In this document: positions 1 to 14,637 of the stretch, piece after piece
Layout of the letters: each line of letters starts with the position of its first letter
How positions within the stretch are numbered: the stretch's first letter is position 1
DNA from: the human T2T-CHM13v2.0 reference genome, Homo sapiens
Strand: one strand, 5' to 3'
NCBI RefSeq assembly: GCF_009914755.1
Contig: NC_060930.1
Length of the DNA stretch: 64,000 nucleotides
Made by a program: the position numbers and the translations under genes
Notes under the pieces: generated by a model
Database searches by the model: none
What the model was told of the DNA's origin: nothing
The model's input: only the letters and a program-made list of their open reading frames with translations

Positions 1-23
1 AAACAAAAACAAAAACAAACCTT

Positions 24-326
24 GGCCAGGCATGGTGGCTCACGCCTGTAATCCCAGCACGTTAGGAGGCCGAGGCAGGCGGATCACGAGGTCAGGAGTT
101 CGAGACCAGCCTGGTAAACATGGTGAAACTGCATCTCTACTAAAAATACAACAACAACAAAAAATTAGCTGGACATGGTGGTGGGTGTCTGTAATCCCAG
201 CTACTCGGGAGGTTGAGGCAGGAGAATCATTTGAACCCAGGAGGTGGATGTTGCAGTGAGCCTAGATCACACCATTGCACTCCAGCCTGGGAGACAGGGC
301 GAGACTCCGTCTCAAAAAAAAAAAAA
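24..326 (+). mobile_element. Alu, full-length dimer (AluS-type)
   Basis: GGCCAGGCATGGTGGCTCACGCC start, A-rich linker, right arm, A tail. Confidence 0.97.
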
Positions 327-636
327 GAATGCATTAAAAGCAAGAAAATTTTGACACATGCTACAACATGGATGGACCTTGAGAACATTATGCTAAGATA
401 AGCCAGACACAAAAGGACAGATACTGAATGATTCTGCTTACAGGGGATACCTAGAGTCACCACATTCGTAGAAACAAAGTAGAAGTGTGGTCATCAGGGG
501 CTGGAAGGAGAAGGGAAAAGGGACTTGGTGTTCAATTGGCACAAAGCTCCAGTCTTGCAAAATGAAAAGAGTTCTGGAGATGGATGGTGGTGGTGGTAGC
601 AAGACCATGTGAACGTGCTTAATGCTGCTAAACTGC

Positions 637-773
637 CAGTGCTCATGCCTGCAGTCCCAGCAACTGGGGAGGCTGAGGTGGGAGGATCACTTAAGTGCAG
701 GAGGCCAAGGCTGCAGTGAGCTGTGAGCGTGCCACTGCACTTGAGCCAGTAAGACTCTGTCTCTAAAAAAAAC
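637..773 (+). mobile_element. Alu right monomer (FRAM/AluJ fragment)
   Basis: Right-arm sequence with A tail, flanked by AAACTGC at 630 and 774. Confidence 0.85.
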
Positions 774-820
774 AAACTGCTACACTGTACACTTAAAAAT
801 GGTTAAGATAGTAAGTGGGG

Positions 821-1151
<331 letters not shown>

Positions 1152-1445
1152 TAAAAGAGAAAATAAATTAGAACAATAATCCCATAAAGTTAAAAGAGGT
1201 CAGTAGCGCAGCATGGACCAGGAGATCCTGGGAGTTGTGGAAGTCAGGGAAAGCTCCCTGGAAGAAGGGGAGCTCATGTGGTTGTCCACATCCCCCATCA
1301 TAAGCCAAGAAGAACTGCCTACCAAAGTGTGAAGGCTGTCCTTAAACCCAATGATGTCTATGGTAATGGAGGGCCAGGCCTCAACTATCAAGGAAGCTGC
1401 ATCACCAACGTTTGTCCATCACCAAGGCATAGCATGGTATGGCCA

Positions 1446-1533
1446 GCGTGATCACATGACCCATATTCTGAGACCAGACTGAGAGTGAAGGGCACTGTTG
1501 ATAATTACAGTGGACAACAGCATATGGTCTCCT
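1446..1533. mobile_element. MER94-like hAT-Blackjack DNA transposon remnant
   Basis: TGAGAGTGAAGGGCACTGTTGATAATTAA-like core and ATATGGTCTCCT end resemble recalled MER94. Confidence 0.55.
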
Positions 1534-1539
1534 GGGGTA

Positions 1540-1735
1540 TAGCAGGAACAGCCCAGGCTTGGGACTCAGGCAGACCTGGTTTCGAATCCTAGCTTAGGCA
1601 CATACTTGGGCACATTGCTTTCTGCCTCAGAGCCTCAGTTTCCCCTCCTGTAACGTTTCTATCTCGTGAGGTTATTGTGAGTAACAAAAATAAGATGAGA
1701 AAAACTTCCAGTCCAGGGCCTGAGAAGTCCTAAAT
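1540..1735 (+). mobile_element. MIR SINE
   Basis: AGACCTGGTTTCGAATCCTAGCT and GAGCCTCAGTTTCCCCTCCTGTAA core. Confidence 0.8.
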
Positions 1736-4700
1736 ATTACAAGCCTGTAATCTCTTATCTGCAATTCTGGGAAACTAGGGTTCAGAGAGAGGAAAATTGA
1801 GGTTTTTATTGTGCACCCTGTTATCTATTATGAATTTCTTACCCTACTTATAAATTTTTTAAGATTAAACCAAAAGTGCCCCCCACCCGACAAGGAAGCA
1901 CAGCCACAGGAGTCTCTAAGTTACCCTGGGAGAGCTGGGTCCTGTCCCACTGCTAATGCAATTCACACAGGCAGGTCCAGGGGCTTCTCCCAGTTTCAGG
2001 CTCCTCGTGTGTACCACAGACGTGCCTTCAGAGATTCCAGCTACAGATCAGTTGGGAAAACAGTGCCCAGCCTAGGTCTTCAGCAGAGGGGATGGAACAT
2101 GGGGAACTGGTTGCAAAGACGTTGGAGTTGCTGAAAAGTCAAACAGGGGCAGTGAGGCAACCCAGAAAGAAATAACAGGAAGAAGTTTAGAAGTTTCTAC
2201 CCACTCTGGGCTTGGAAAGGGGATGTTATCTGAACCTGAATCCTGCACTATCTGGTAGGAATTGGAAGGATGGAGGGAAGGGCCACCCAGCCACAGAGGA
2301 CCAGTGCCAAGGACCCTGACCAGGCTGCAGAGAGACAGAGAAACGCCCTGAATCTCCCGTCCGCTAGCCCTTCGGTTTATCTTCACTGACTCCCTGGGTG
2401 GAGGCCAGCCAGAAGCCAGGAGCAAGGGGACCTGGGAAATGTAGTTCTCAGAAGACAGAGCCCTGCAGTCCAAAGCAGAGCAGGGCAATCCAGGAAAACG
2501 AACACCACAGTGCAGCCACAGCAGCTGGGGTCGTCCCCCACTCAGAAGGGATCTTTCCACTTTTGTTTGGCATTTCTGCTTCCCTGGTATTTCCATTTTA
2601 GATGCCCCATATGCAAACTAATTAAATTCAAAGTTTCATAGAAGAGAAACTTTTTAATTAGCCTGGAAATCTCACACTTGGGGCCTGTCCATCACTTCTG
2701 AATCCCCCAAGCAGATTTGCGTCCTCTGACTCCCCTCGCCAGACTGAGCATCTCACAGCCAACACCTGCTCTGCAAGGCAGGCTGTGCTAGGCAGGTGTG
2801 CCATGCTGGGGACACAGAGAGAGCTGGATTCCACCTGGCTGCTGGGGGAGGAGGCAGCGGCACAACAGGTTCCCACATCACCTGGAGAGCAGGCGCATTA
2901 CTTCCTCCAGCAGGGCTGGGCTTCCAGGTACAAGAGACCAGAGGTCACTGTGGTCCAATGGGCTGAGCCGTAGATTAGGAACTCAATTGTTCTTTGTTTA
3001 AATCCAGCTGAGACACCCAACCTTGCGTGACCTTGAGCCAAACACAACTCTTAGGATGTAACCTGCTTTACAAGATGAGAAAGACACGAGTAAAAACATC
3101 AGCAGACTCTGGAAGGTAAATGAACAATCCTGATAACACCCAGCCCTTCCCCCGAGGCGGGCTTTTAAGCATGATCTTGCTTGTCCTTGAAATCATCCCT
3201 GTGAAGGCAGGGAGAGGGAGGACCATTATCTCCATCTTACAGAGAGAGAAACCAGGCACTGAAAATAGACAGCAACCCACACAGCGGGTCATGCTGGCAT
3301 TAGACTCAAGGCCACATGAGTGTTGGCCCTGACCTGTTTCTTCTGCCCCATGGAGGACCAGTTATTTCCTTAGCCCAGGGGCCCCAGTGACTCAAGGAAG
3401 GTCTGGAGGGAGACACTGTTTTTAGGTCTAAAAAGGGGAGAGGAAACAAGAGAGAAGAAGAAGGAGCAAAAGAAAAAGGGAAGGAGGGAAAGCAGAGATA
3501 AAGATGGGACCTGGAAGGGGCAGGGTAGACACTAACAGGTTGCCAGGACTCTTAATGACAGCACATGTGAGAACCTGGCTTGGCAAGCTCGGTTTTACCA
3601 GCCTTAAAGGCTTCCATGCCCTTCCATCATCACCCAGCATTACTGGAAATTCACTAGGGTTATACATTCAGAAGAATACACAGCCACTCCCCTTCATTTC
3701 TGAGCAGGGGTAGCTCCCATATCCGCCAGCCTTTTTCCTCCCCTCAGGGCCCGGTTTACGACACTTCAAGTTTTGTTCTCTGTTGTCAGGTGCTGTTGTG
3801 TAAGGTGGGAGAACAGATACTCCTGTGGGTGTGCTTGAGCTGAAACACATTTATCTAAATCTGAGCAGCAGGTGCTTTCACACACAGGAAGAGTGGTATC
3901 TGGTACCTTCCTGTAGGGCTGCGAGGGTCCTTGCCTTTCTGCCCACAGCAGCAGATCTGGGCCCACGTTGAAGACAAGCCCTCACTGCACTTGGGCAGCT
4001 ATAATTTACCAGGCACGTCAAGTGTTGGGAAAGCTGTGACTAACAAGTCTAGCTTGTGCAAGACTCATCCTCTTACCTCTCTCTCACCATCACATCCCCA
4101 GCCCCACTAAAGAGTAGGATTCTGGCTGAGTCTTTGGCTAAGATGACAAATGGCAGCCCCTCTTGTTGAGACATCCTAACTCACACCGCTGGATCCGGAA
4201 GATGCACACAAACTCCACTTTTGCTAGCTTGCAGCCCCAAGGGTGTTCCAGAAAGTAGACCTTTATAACAGAACAGCTTCCTGGACTACAGGCATTGCTG
4301 TATCACTGCATCCAGGCCATAATTCTGATTGCCCCCTGTAAACCGGGAAACTCACTCCTCAGGATGCCCACCTTGCTGTTTGCCATCATGGAAATGCACT
4401 GAAGTGGCTCACCTACATTGTTACAGATAAACCACGGGCCACAGTTGCAGCACTCTTCTCAGGGTGTGGAGGGGAAATGACATCTATTCTTTGATTAATG
4501 TTGTCTCTCTCTGTCCCCAGAGTCAGTAAACAAACAAGCTGTCCTTGGAGCAAGCAAGCGCTTCCCTTTCGGCATCTCCCCCTCTCTGAGCGGCAGCCCT
4601 GCAAGTGAGGCCAATAGCCGTCCCTCAGCTGTGTACAGGACAGGCATTCTTGGACCTCAGAGTCCTGCAGTAGCATTTTGAGGACGCCAAGTTATTGATG

Positions 4701-5454
4701 GGGACAGGTGCTCATAATTCAGCATAACCCACCCAAGCCGTGTTTCACTTTTTCTGGAAACCTCTTGATTTAGGAATGAAAGCCCCTGGCTCCCCCTGGG
4801 CTGGGCTGGCCAGTAAACATCTCAGTCTGAGTTTGCCGAGGTGGGTTGCTAAATTTAATTGCCAGTTTCCACACCATGTGATGGTGTGTGACAGGCCAGC
4901 TCACCCTGTGAGTTAGCCAAGGGGTTTTAAATAAATGCTTTCTGACGGAAAGGATGATAAAGGTTCCTATTATTCACCAGTGAGCCTGGAGACTGAGCTG
5001 GTCCGGTTTTTACGACTGAGGCACAGCAATGTCAATCTCATGCTCTCTGTCACTACTTCCCACTGTGGCTTGACTAGGACAGCCTTAAGGGGCCTGCAGA
5101 AAGAGCTCCAGCCGGGTAGTCAGGAGACCTTTGCCAGCCCGATCCGTCCAAGGTTTCTGTGACCTTGGAAGGCAAATAGCTCTATGGGCCAGCGTCAGCC
5201 TCTGCGTCTGCAGAGAGGAGTGCTTCACAGGTCATGCTTGGGGCTTTCAGGAAGCATGTAATAGATATGCAAAGGCATTGCTGTTGGTGAAACATCCGTG
5301 GAACACCAGGCAACAAACCACTAAAAGCAGCATTTTTCTTGCTCCGATCCTTTAAAATATCGATGGAGATAAACTGATGCTGCTATTTGTGTTTTCCTTG
5401 ACTATTTCCTTATGAAGCCCTGCAGTCACCCAATGCTCACTCAACCTTCCTTCA

Positions 5455-5608
5455 AAAGTGATTCAACGTGTGGCCTGAGAAGCGGCAGCATCAGCCTCAC
5501 CTGGGCGTTGGTGAGAACGGCAGCATCTTGGCCTCTCCTGCTGAATCAGAGCGCGCTGCTTAACACGCTCCCGGGTGACTCGTACGTAGTCAGTGCTGGG
5601 AAGCGCTG
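5455..5608 (+). mobile_element. MER5A/MER5A1 hAT-Charlie element
   Basis: GCAGCATCAGCCTCACCTGGG ... CTGCTGAATCAGAG ... GGGTGACTC matches the MER5 layout. Confidence 0.75.
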
Positions 5609-5613
5609 GTCTA

Positions 5614-5800
5614 CAGTCATGTTTCTCAAGCTTGAATGCACATCCAAATCCCCCGGAAGGTTTGCTAAAGCCTTGCTGGGCCCCACCCCCACGTTTCTGA
5701 TTCAGCAGGTGTGGGTCGGGGTCTGTGAACTTGCATTTTTAGAAAGTTTTCTGGTGATGGTGATGCCTCTGGTCCAGGACCACACTTTGAGAACTTCTGG
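5614..5800 (-). mobile_element. MER5A hAT-Charlie element
   Basis: TTTCTCAAGCTTGA ... TTTCTGATTCAGCAGGT ... GGACCACACTTTGAGAAC. Confidence 0.85.
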
Positions 5801-6094
5801 TCTTTCTTGAGCAGCTGTTTAGTGATACCTTCATTCCCACGTCACTAAGGGTGCATAACGTCTCTTCGTTATGTACTCTGGCTTCCTCAATCCCTGGAAT
5901 TACTGTGGTATCCTCGTGATATATCTTCATTTCTTCCTCTTTAATCATCCTTGATCTCCCCCTTGATTTCAATATGTGTTTATCTCTCTTTCATTAGGAA
6001 GCTCTAGACACAGAAAACCAGACAGCTCGGTGCTGTGCAAAAATGGGAGGATTTCATGAAAATCCTACTTTTTTCTCCCATGTAGTTGTTTTAA

Positions 6095-6404
<310 letters not shown>

Positions 6405-6530
6405 CAAATTCCACTTGTTTCTTTTTTTCAGCCAGAGTTATACACTGCTGGCCCATAAGGAACTTGTTACGATGTGACTACTACAGAATAACCAAATCGA
6501 TTTGCTGCAGTACAATTTTTTTTATTTTTA

Positions 6531-6894
<364 letters not shown>

Positions 6895-7157
6895 CTAAAC
6901 CTTTATGCCCCACACCCCCCCCATCTCCTAGTCCACGCTCCTCCTCAGAGTTAATAAACATTGGCAGCTAGGTGTGTGTCTTCCATGCCTTTCTATATGC
7001 ATATATATACCTACACATTTACATGCAGAAATATGTTTTGGATTTAAAAAAAATTACAAGTACTGTTAATAAAACTTCCTTTTATTAATAAACAATATTT
7101 TTCAGAGATGATTTCAAATCAATAAATAGACTACATTCTTTTTAAGGCTGCATGGCA

Positions 7158-7447
7158 GCCAGGTACAGTGGCTCAGTGCCTTGGGAGGCTGGGGCTGGAG
7201 GATTGACGCCAGGAGTTTGAGACCAGCCTGGTCAACATAGAGAGACCCTATCTTTACAAAAAAGAAAAAAAATTTACCAGGTATGGTTGTGCATGCCTAC
7301 AGTCCCAGCTACTCACGAGGCTAAGACGGGAGGATTGCTTGAGCCTAGGGGTTTGAGGTTGCAGTGAGCCATGACCACACCACTGCACTCCAGCATGGGC
7401 AACAGAGTGGGAACTTGTGTCTAAAAATAATAATAATAATAATAAAT
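7158..7447 (+). mobile_element. Alu (AluJ-type) with (AAT)n tail
   Basis: Diverged dimer with small internal deletions. Confidence 0.92.
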
Positions 7448-7707
7448 ACATACATTTTTTAAAAATGCCTGTCACAGGAAATGTAAGGAGAAAAGAGAAA
7501 AGGCTGTATGGCTATATTTTAAGTTATGGACATACTACAATTTATTTAGCCATTCCCCTGTTGATGGCCACTTACATTATTGCCAATAGTTTACCATTAC
7601 CAACAATATTAAATTAGCACTGTCACGAGATTCAGCTAAGAAGTTGGCCTCCAAAAAGTCTGTATCAATTTACATTACTGCCCCTCACAATGAACATGCT
7701 TATTTTA

Positions 7708-8160
7708 CATGGAATCAACACAAATGCCCATCAATGACAGATTGGATAAAGAAAAGGTGATACACATACACCATGGAATACTATGCAGCCATGAAAAGAA
7801 TGAGATCATGTATTTTGCGGGAACACGGATGGAGCTGGAGGCTGTTATCCTCAGCAAACTAATGCAGGATCAGAAAACCAAATACTGCATGTTCTCACTT
7901 ATAAATGGGAGCCAAATGATAAGAACTTATGAACACACAGAAGGAAACAACAGACAATGGGGTCTCCTTGATGGGGGAGAGTAAGAGGAGGGAGAGAAGC
8001 AGAAAAGATAACTATGGGATACTGGGCTTAATACCCAGGTGATGAAATCATCTATACAACAAACATTCCTGACATTTGTTTACTATGTAACAAACCCTCA
8101 CATGTACCCCAGAACCTAAAATAAAAGTTTAAAAAATTAAATTAAACAACAAAAAAAGAA
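7708..8160 (+). mobile_element. 5'-truncated L1 3' end (older L1PA, about L1PA15-17)
   Basis: End of ORF2 plus 3'UTR (CACCATGGAATACTATGCAGCCAT ... AACCTAAAATAAAAGTT), A tail, flanking TGCTTATTTTA repeat; sits within degraded older L1M sequence. Confidence 0.9.
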
Positions 8161-8831
8161 AGTGCTTATTTTAACCTTCTCACCAATACTGGCAATTACC
8201 AGTCTTTCACGTCTTTACCAATATATTGAGGCTATCTCATTCTCTAAACTTGGTTTTATCTGAAGACTGCTTGAGGTTAAACATTTCTCCATAAGATTAT
8301 CAGCCATTTTATTTCCCTTTCTCTAATTACTCATTCAGATCCTCTGTCCTTTCTCTATTGGCTTGTTGGTTTTTTCTGTTTTTTTTTTGTTTGTTTGTTT
8401 TTGGTTTTCTTTTGCAGTAGGGAACACAGGAGCAATAGTCTGGGTATTAATCTTTGGTCTATTAAAAAAAAAGTCATAAAGTTTTATCCAAGTCTCTCAC
8501 TTGACTTTTAATAGCATGCTTTATTTTATCTTTTGTTGTATAAAACTTCTAGTTTTCATATAGTCCATAATACGATTTCAGTTGAATTCATGCATTGCTA
8601 GAAATCACCTTCTAGAAATCTGCATTATATGGAGGAGAAACAGTCTCTTGGATGTGAATGAAAAGAACTTAATAGAGGAAGTTGTAAATAAAACTTAGTA
8701 GGGAAATAATGAATTAATTCAGGCCCACATTCCCTTTTCTTCTTTCTAGCTCCTGTATCTTTTGGCATGAAGTTTTGGTTTGGTAGGAGGTTTATAAAAA
8801 TAAGTGCGCTGGTTTAGGTGATTTAAAGATT

Positions 8832-9369
8832 TGTATGGAAGAGTTGAAATGAAGTCAAAGGTGGCTGCTAACAGGAGGCAGGAGTCTCTCTTCTTTCTGA
8901 TTCTCTTGCAAGCAGAAGCACTAACTCTGCTCCAAACTTTGCAAGGATGTTTGCATAGAGAACGGCCTTTGAAGACAGAGATAGTGCTTTCCTCTGGAGC
9001 AAAGGGCTGGTTTGTTTGCTGTCCAGTATAATAAAGATAATGTCTTCCCCAGGCAAAGGTTGGCAGGTTTACTTACCGCCCTTAATAAAAGATTGGGGTT
9101 TCCTAAACTCAGGGCTCCTCTCCTGTAACACACCCTGTATGTGGAATTGACACCTGGCCCTGCTTGCCTGCCCTGTGAAACTGGGGTTTGGGGAACCAGC
9201 ACAAGAAAATGGTGGTACTCAGGCTACTGCTATTGCTGTGAGTAGTAAACTGTCCTTTATCTCTAAACCAGGAGTCTTGTGTCTTCTGCCAGCATCTTGA
9301 AACTGTGGCAGGCTCACTTGCTAACTTTGAAAATAGGGTAAAATCTCAGAACCTTCACAGTTCCTGACA
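8832..9369 (+). mobile_element. Solo LTR, probably ERVL-class (family not determined)
   Basis: TG...CA ends, AATAAAAG and AGTAAA boxes, terminal GGGTAAAATCTCAGAACCTTCACAGTTCCTGACA typical of an ERV LTR 3' end. Confidence 0.65.
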
Positions 9370-10168
9370 GTCACCACATAATGGAAGGTTAAAACACTTA
9401 AACTCTGCTCTTGTTCCAGTCAAATTTAACCCTCTGCCTACAATACAAAAGTCACATTCTTCTCTTAAACTGAACAGTCCTTAAATGGTTAGGGAAAAGA
9501 GAAATTCACTGTAAGAATTTTTTATATCTTGTATATAATTCCTGCAAGTCTAATATTTCAAAAGGTGTTCATGTGGGTGAAGTAGATTTACTCTGTTCAT
9601 TTCTCTGGAGAAATGAACTTACAGACTGAAAATTTTCAGCTCAATAAATAAAGAAAAACGAATTTTAACAATTAGAGTTATCCCAAAGAGAATAAAGTTT
9701 GAGGTCACAAGCTCACTGCTGGCCTAGGTGACCACTAGGTCCCATAGGACTTCTAATGGGGCAGGGATTAGACTGGATGATTACAAAGCTCTCTTCAAAT
9801 GGAAGATGCTAGTGGGGAGGGTGTTGTTTCAGTGGACGCTCTAATCAGATGTCTTCTCATACCACATAATGAAGCAGGCGAGCTGGTGGATTCAACTGGG
9901 ACTCAGAAGACTGCACTTGAGGAGATCATCGTGAGTTGAAGATCTCTTGCTTAGTCTCGCAGAAACTTCATCAAGTCTAGCTCACCTGGGAGTCAGTTGG
10001 TGCCGGCGAATCAATTCGTGCCAGTGAAATTCACCAAGAGCCTGATTTACAAACTAGAGAGCCATGGCCTTAATTTTAGAGCAAAAGACAAACTTTTCCA
10101 ATGAATATAGTTTTCTTGTCCAATAGCTAGGACACCCCCCTCCACCTGCTGTGTACTAATGAAGCAGA

Positions 10169-10532
<364 letters not shown>

Positions 10533-10834
10533 TCATCTGATAGGATGCATTAGATAGAGGCTGATAGAATATCTCTTCCCAGATGGTGAATAAACTTTTT
10601 CTAGTGACCAACATGTTTATGTTCGCTAAACACAATGTCTTTCTGCTTTGACAGTGCTGGAAGTAACTATTCTTAACTTCGTCCGCTCTTTTGGCACCCC
10701 CGGAGGCTCAGGCCCCTGCTCTTTGCCCATAGTGACAAGATGATGCATTATTTGTGGTTAATCCCATTTAAGAAGGGCTGCTTCCTAAAGGTATCTAAGA
10801 AAAGACCTTAATTTCCTTAGTCCTAGAAGTGTGT

Positions 10835-10945
10835 GAAGCACCCAGTGGCTTAGTTTCTAGTCCCAGCTCTGCCACATCCTAGCTGGTGTCCTTGTACAGA
10901 ATTACTTCACTTCTACAAGCCTCAGTTTCTTCATTTGTAACCTAC
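10835..10945 (+). mobile_element. MIR SINE fragment
   Basis: TCCCAGCTCTGCCAC ... GCCTCAGTTTCTTCATTTGTAA. Confidence 0.75.
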
Positions 10946-10990
10946 TTACTTCTGGTTAAAGGTTGATCATCATGTAGATAAAAAATACAA

Positions 10991-11598
<608 letters not shown>

Positions 11599-11609
11599 TA
11601 CTTTATAGC

Positions 11610-11830
11610 AACAGAAGGGAACCCTCATGGAAACTATGGACTTTGGGTGATAATGACAAATCTGTGTAGATTCATTGATTGTAAGAAATGTGCCATTCTG
11701 GTGAGGGTTGTTGATAAGGGGTGCGGGGCAGGGGCAGGGGGCAGTAAGCGGGGGCAGGGAACTCTCTCTTCCTTCCTCTTAATTCTTCTGTGAACTTAAA
11801 ATTGCTCTTAAAAATTAAGTCTTTAATAGA
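11610..11830 (+). mobile_element. Old L1 3' end (L1MC/L1MB-like)
   Basis: AACTATGGACTTTGGGTGATAATG ... TTCTGTGAACTTAAAATTGCTCT. Confidence 0.8.
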
Positions 11831-13675
11831 AATAAACACATAATAAACTCTAAAAATACTAAGATCTGAATGTCGAAAAAATTTGTAATTGTTCTAATAA
11901 CCATAGATAACAACAGCACATAGACCACATTACAATCGGCGGTTTTCCCGCATGCAGCTCGTCCCATTCGTAGTGTGAAAGTCTCATTAGCTTCGATTTT
12001 AAGCAGTGCGTTTTTTTTAATCTTCCCCTACGTTCTGGTTCCCATCTTATTTTTGAGGCCCATAGCTGTCTAAGTCATGGTATGTGCAGAGAGAGATTTT
12101 TTCCTGCTGATTGTATGAAAAATTGTGCAAAAGGGGTTGTCATCTAAAAAAGCGTGTGACACTGGGAGAGACCTTGTATAGTGAGCAGGGCTTCCCATGA
12201 GTTCATCCTGGATCTTTCACTGAGAACAGGATGTTTTGTCAAGGATGGGCAAAGAGGGGCACAGCAGAAAGACAAAAGGATGTGCCAGCTACAAAAACCA
12301 CGTGGGCCAAGGACAGGGGGCTGCAATGCAAAGACTGGAACTTGCAGCACGGCAAACTAGAGCGTGGCGAGATTAGCGTTTCAGACTCCAGACAAGGCCA
12401 CTTCCCTCTCCAGGAAAGACGATCGCCTCACCAACACAAGCGCTTGGCGCTTCCCTTTTCCGTCCAGGCGTCCTGGCTGGAACGAGGAAACTCAAAAGTG
12501 CTACGAAAGAACAAAAGTGGCCCAAATTCTGAAAATTCTTAAAATTAAAAGATTGTAACTCAAAGGAAGATAAAGAGCATGACTTTTAATTTCTCCAAGC
12601 TACTTCATTCATTTTCAGTGCCAAAAACCCAATGCCAGTCTTACATAGTAATCCACTTACTGTAGTTGAAACCTGAGGTGTGAAAAGTTCCGTGTTGACA
12701 AAGATTTGCATCAGCTGCTGCCGCTAAACAACATGTAAAAACTTGCAGTTTAATTTTAGCTTCAGAACAAATAAGCGCTTTTCCAAACCCACCCAGGAGC
12801 GCAGGCTGTCACTAGGTCTACAGGTGTGCTCTGAAATCAGACACTATCAAGAAATTCTATCGTGCTAAAATGAACAAGGAGCCGGGACGGCACAATCCAT
12901 CAATTTTTAATGTGTTTTGGGAACTGTCTTAACAAGTGTGGAAGTGTCCCAGCGAGATGTTGTATTCAGCTTCCACTGTGCATATATTAAGCCAGCGTGC
13001 GTGTGTGTGCATGCACACATGTTCGTGTCTGCATTCTATATTAGAAGGTCTCAGGAAAAGAGTGATAAATAAGATGAAGCGGTAAGAGGGCACCAAAGAC
13101 CATAATTAAAGGCGCTTGAGAGCAGTTAGCTGGCCTTAGCTTACTCCTTCAACCAGCCCCATTTATTTTGCTGCTCCGGTGTAGCAGATACTGTGCAGGG
13201 CCCCGGCAGAGACACAGGGGTCACGGAGATACAAGCCACTCTCGGGGAACCCCCAGTCTAATTAACATACAAATAGCAGTGACACCCGGCAGAAGCGCTA
13301 CAAGGCAGGGCAGGCTACAAGGCAGGGCAGGTGAAGTGCTTTGGTGGCTCTGGGTGACAGTTATTGCCACATATCATCTTCCAGGAGTCCTGGGGCCATC
13401 TGAAAAAAAAAAGAGATTTGATGAACAAGTTTTTCTTCCAGGGGTGAAAGTTGTTCAGTTTCTTGTGGCAAAGAAATATAAAATGAATGGAAAAAAGAAG
13501 AGTTTATATGGGTGAATTATTAAATGTAAGGAGTGGAAAGATATTACATCTGTGTAAGGAACACACAAAGATTTTTCTAATTTTTAGTCATAACATTTAT
13601 AATGACAAATTACACACTAGCCTTGTGAATCCTATGTGTAACACATAAGGCAGGAATAGGCCCCAGTGTTTTGGG

Positions 13676-14077
13676 TTTTTTTTTTTTTTTTAATAGAAGC
13701 AGGGTCTCACTATGTTGGCCAGGCTAGACTCTAACTCCTAAGCTCAAGTGATCCTCCTGCCTCAGCCTCCTTCGGAGTAGGGACTACAGGCACACACTAC
13801 CACCAACCTCACTCTGTCACCCAGGTTGGAGAAAGTGACGCTATCACAGCTCAACATAGCCTCAACACCCCAGGCTCAAGTGATCCTCCCACCTCAGCCT
13901 TCTGAATAGCTGGGACAACAGGTGTGCACCGTCATCCTGAGCTACATTTTTTACTTTTGTAAAGATGGAGTCTTACTATGTTGCCCAGGCTGATCTCCAA
14001 CCCCTGGGCTCAAGTGATCCTCCCACCTCTGCCTCCCAAAGTTCTGGGATTACAGGTGTGAGCCACCATGTCCAGTC
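13676..14077 (-). mobile_element. Three-monomer Alu composite (AluJ dimer plus FLAM-like monomer)
   Basis: Monomer 13676-13808 joined to a tail-less AluJ 13809-14077; CCAGTGTTT on both flanks. Confidence 0.85.
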
Positions 14078-14637
14078 TACACCAGTGTTTCCTTTTCCAC
14101 TGATTTTGGACGCAAATGCTGCCTTCCTAAGAGATGGGTCACCTAAGTCACTCCTTGTCTAGTTCATTCACAACTTCATGCTGATGTCTGCAGATAAAAA
14201 CCCACATATTGGACTTCCAGTTAACAAGTCACCTCCTCCGTGAAGCTACCCTGAATTTAATTCATTCTTCTAGTTGATTGAGTGCCTACTTTGTGCCCAG
14301 GACCATGTTAGAGAGTGGTTGGTGGTCAGGGTTAAATGAGACAACATCCAGCTCACACAGAGATGCTGGCCCACTCTGCCTTATCCCTGTGTTCTCACTA
14401 GCCTCTTCTCTGAGGGTTGAGTTGCTTGTTCAAATCCCCTGATAACCTGTAAAGTCCTTAGGCAGAGACGATAGCTTTTATTTTTGCGTTCCCAAAGCCT
14501 GGCACATTCTAACTGGGAGGAGAAGCAGCTCACCTCACAGACAGTTCTCACTGACTCAAGCTCTTTATAATATTTATAAGTATAGGTTGCATGTTGTATG
14601 TGCATACACAAAAAGTTTGGCCCATATATATATATAT

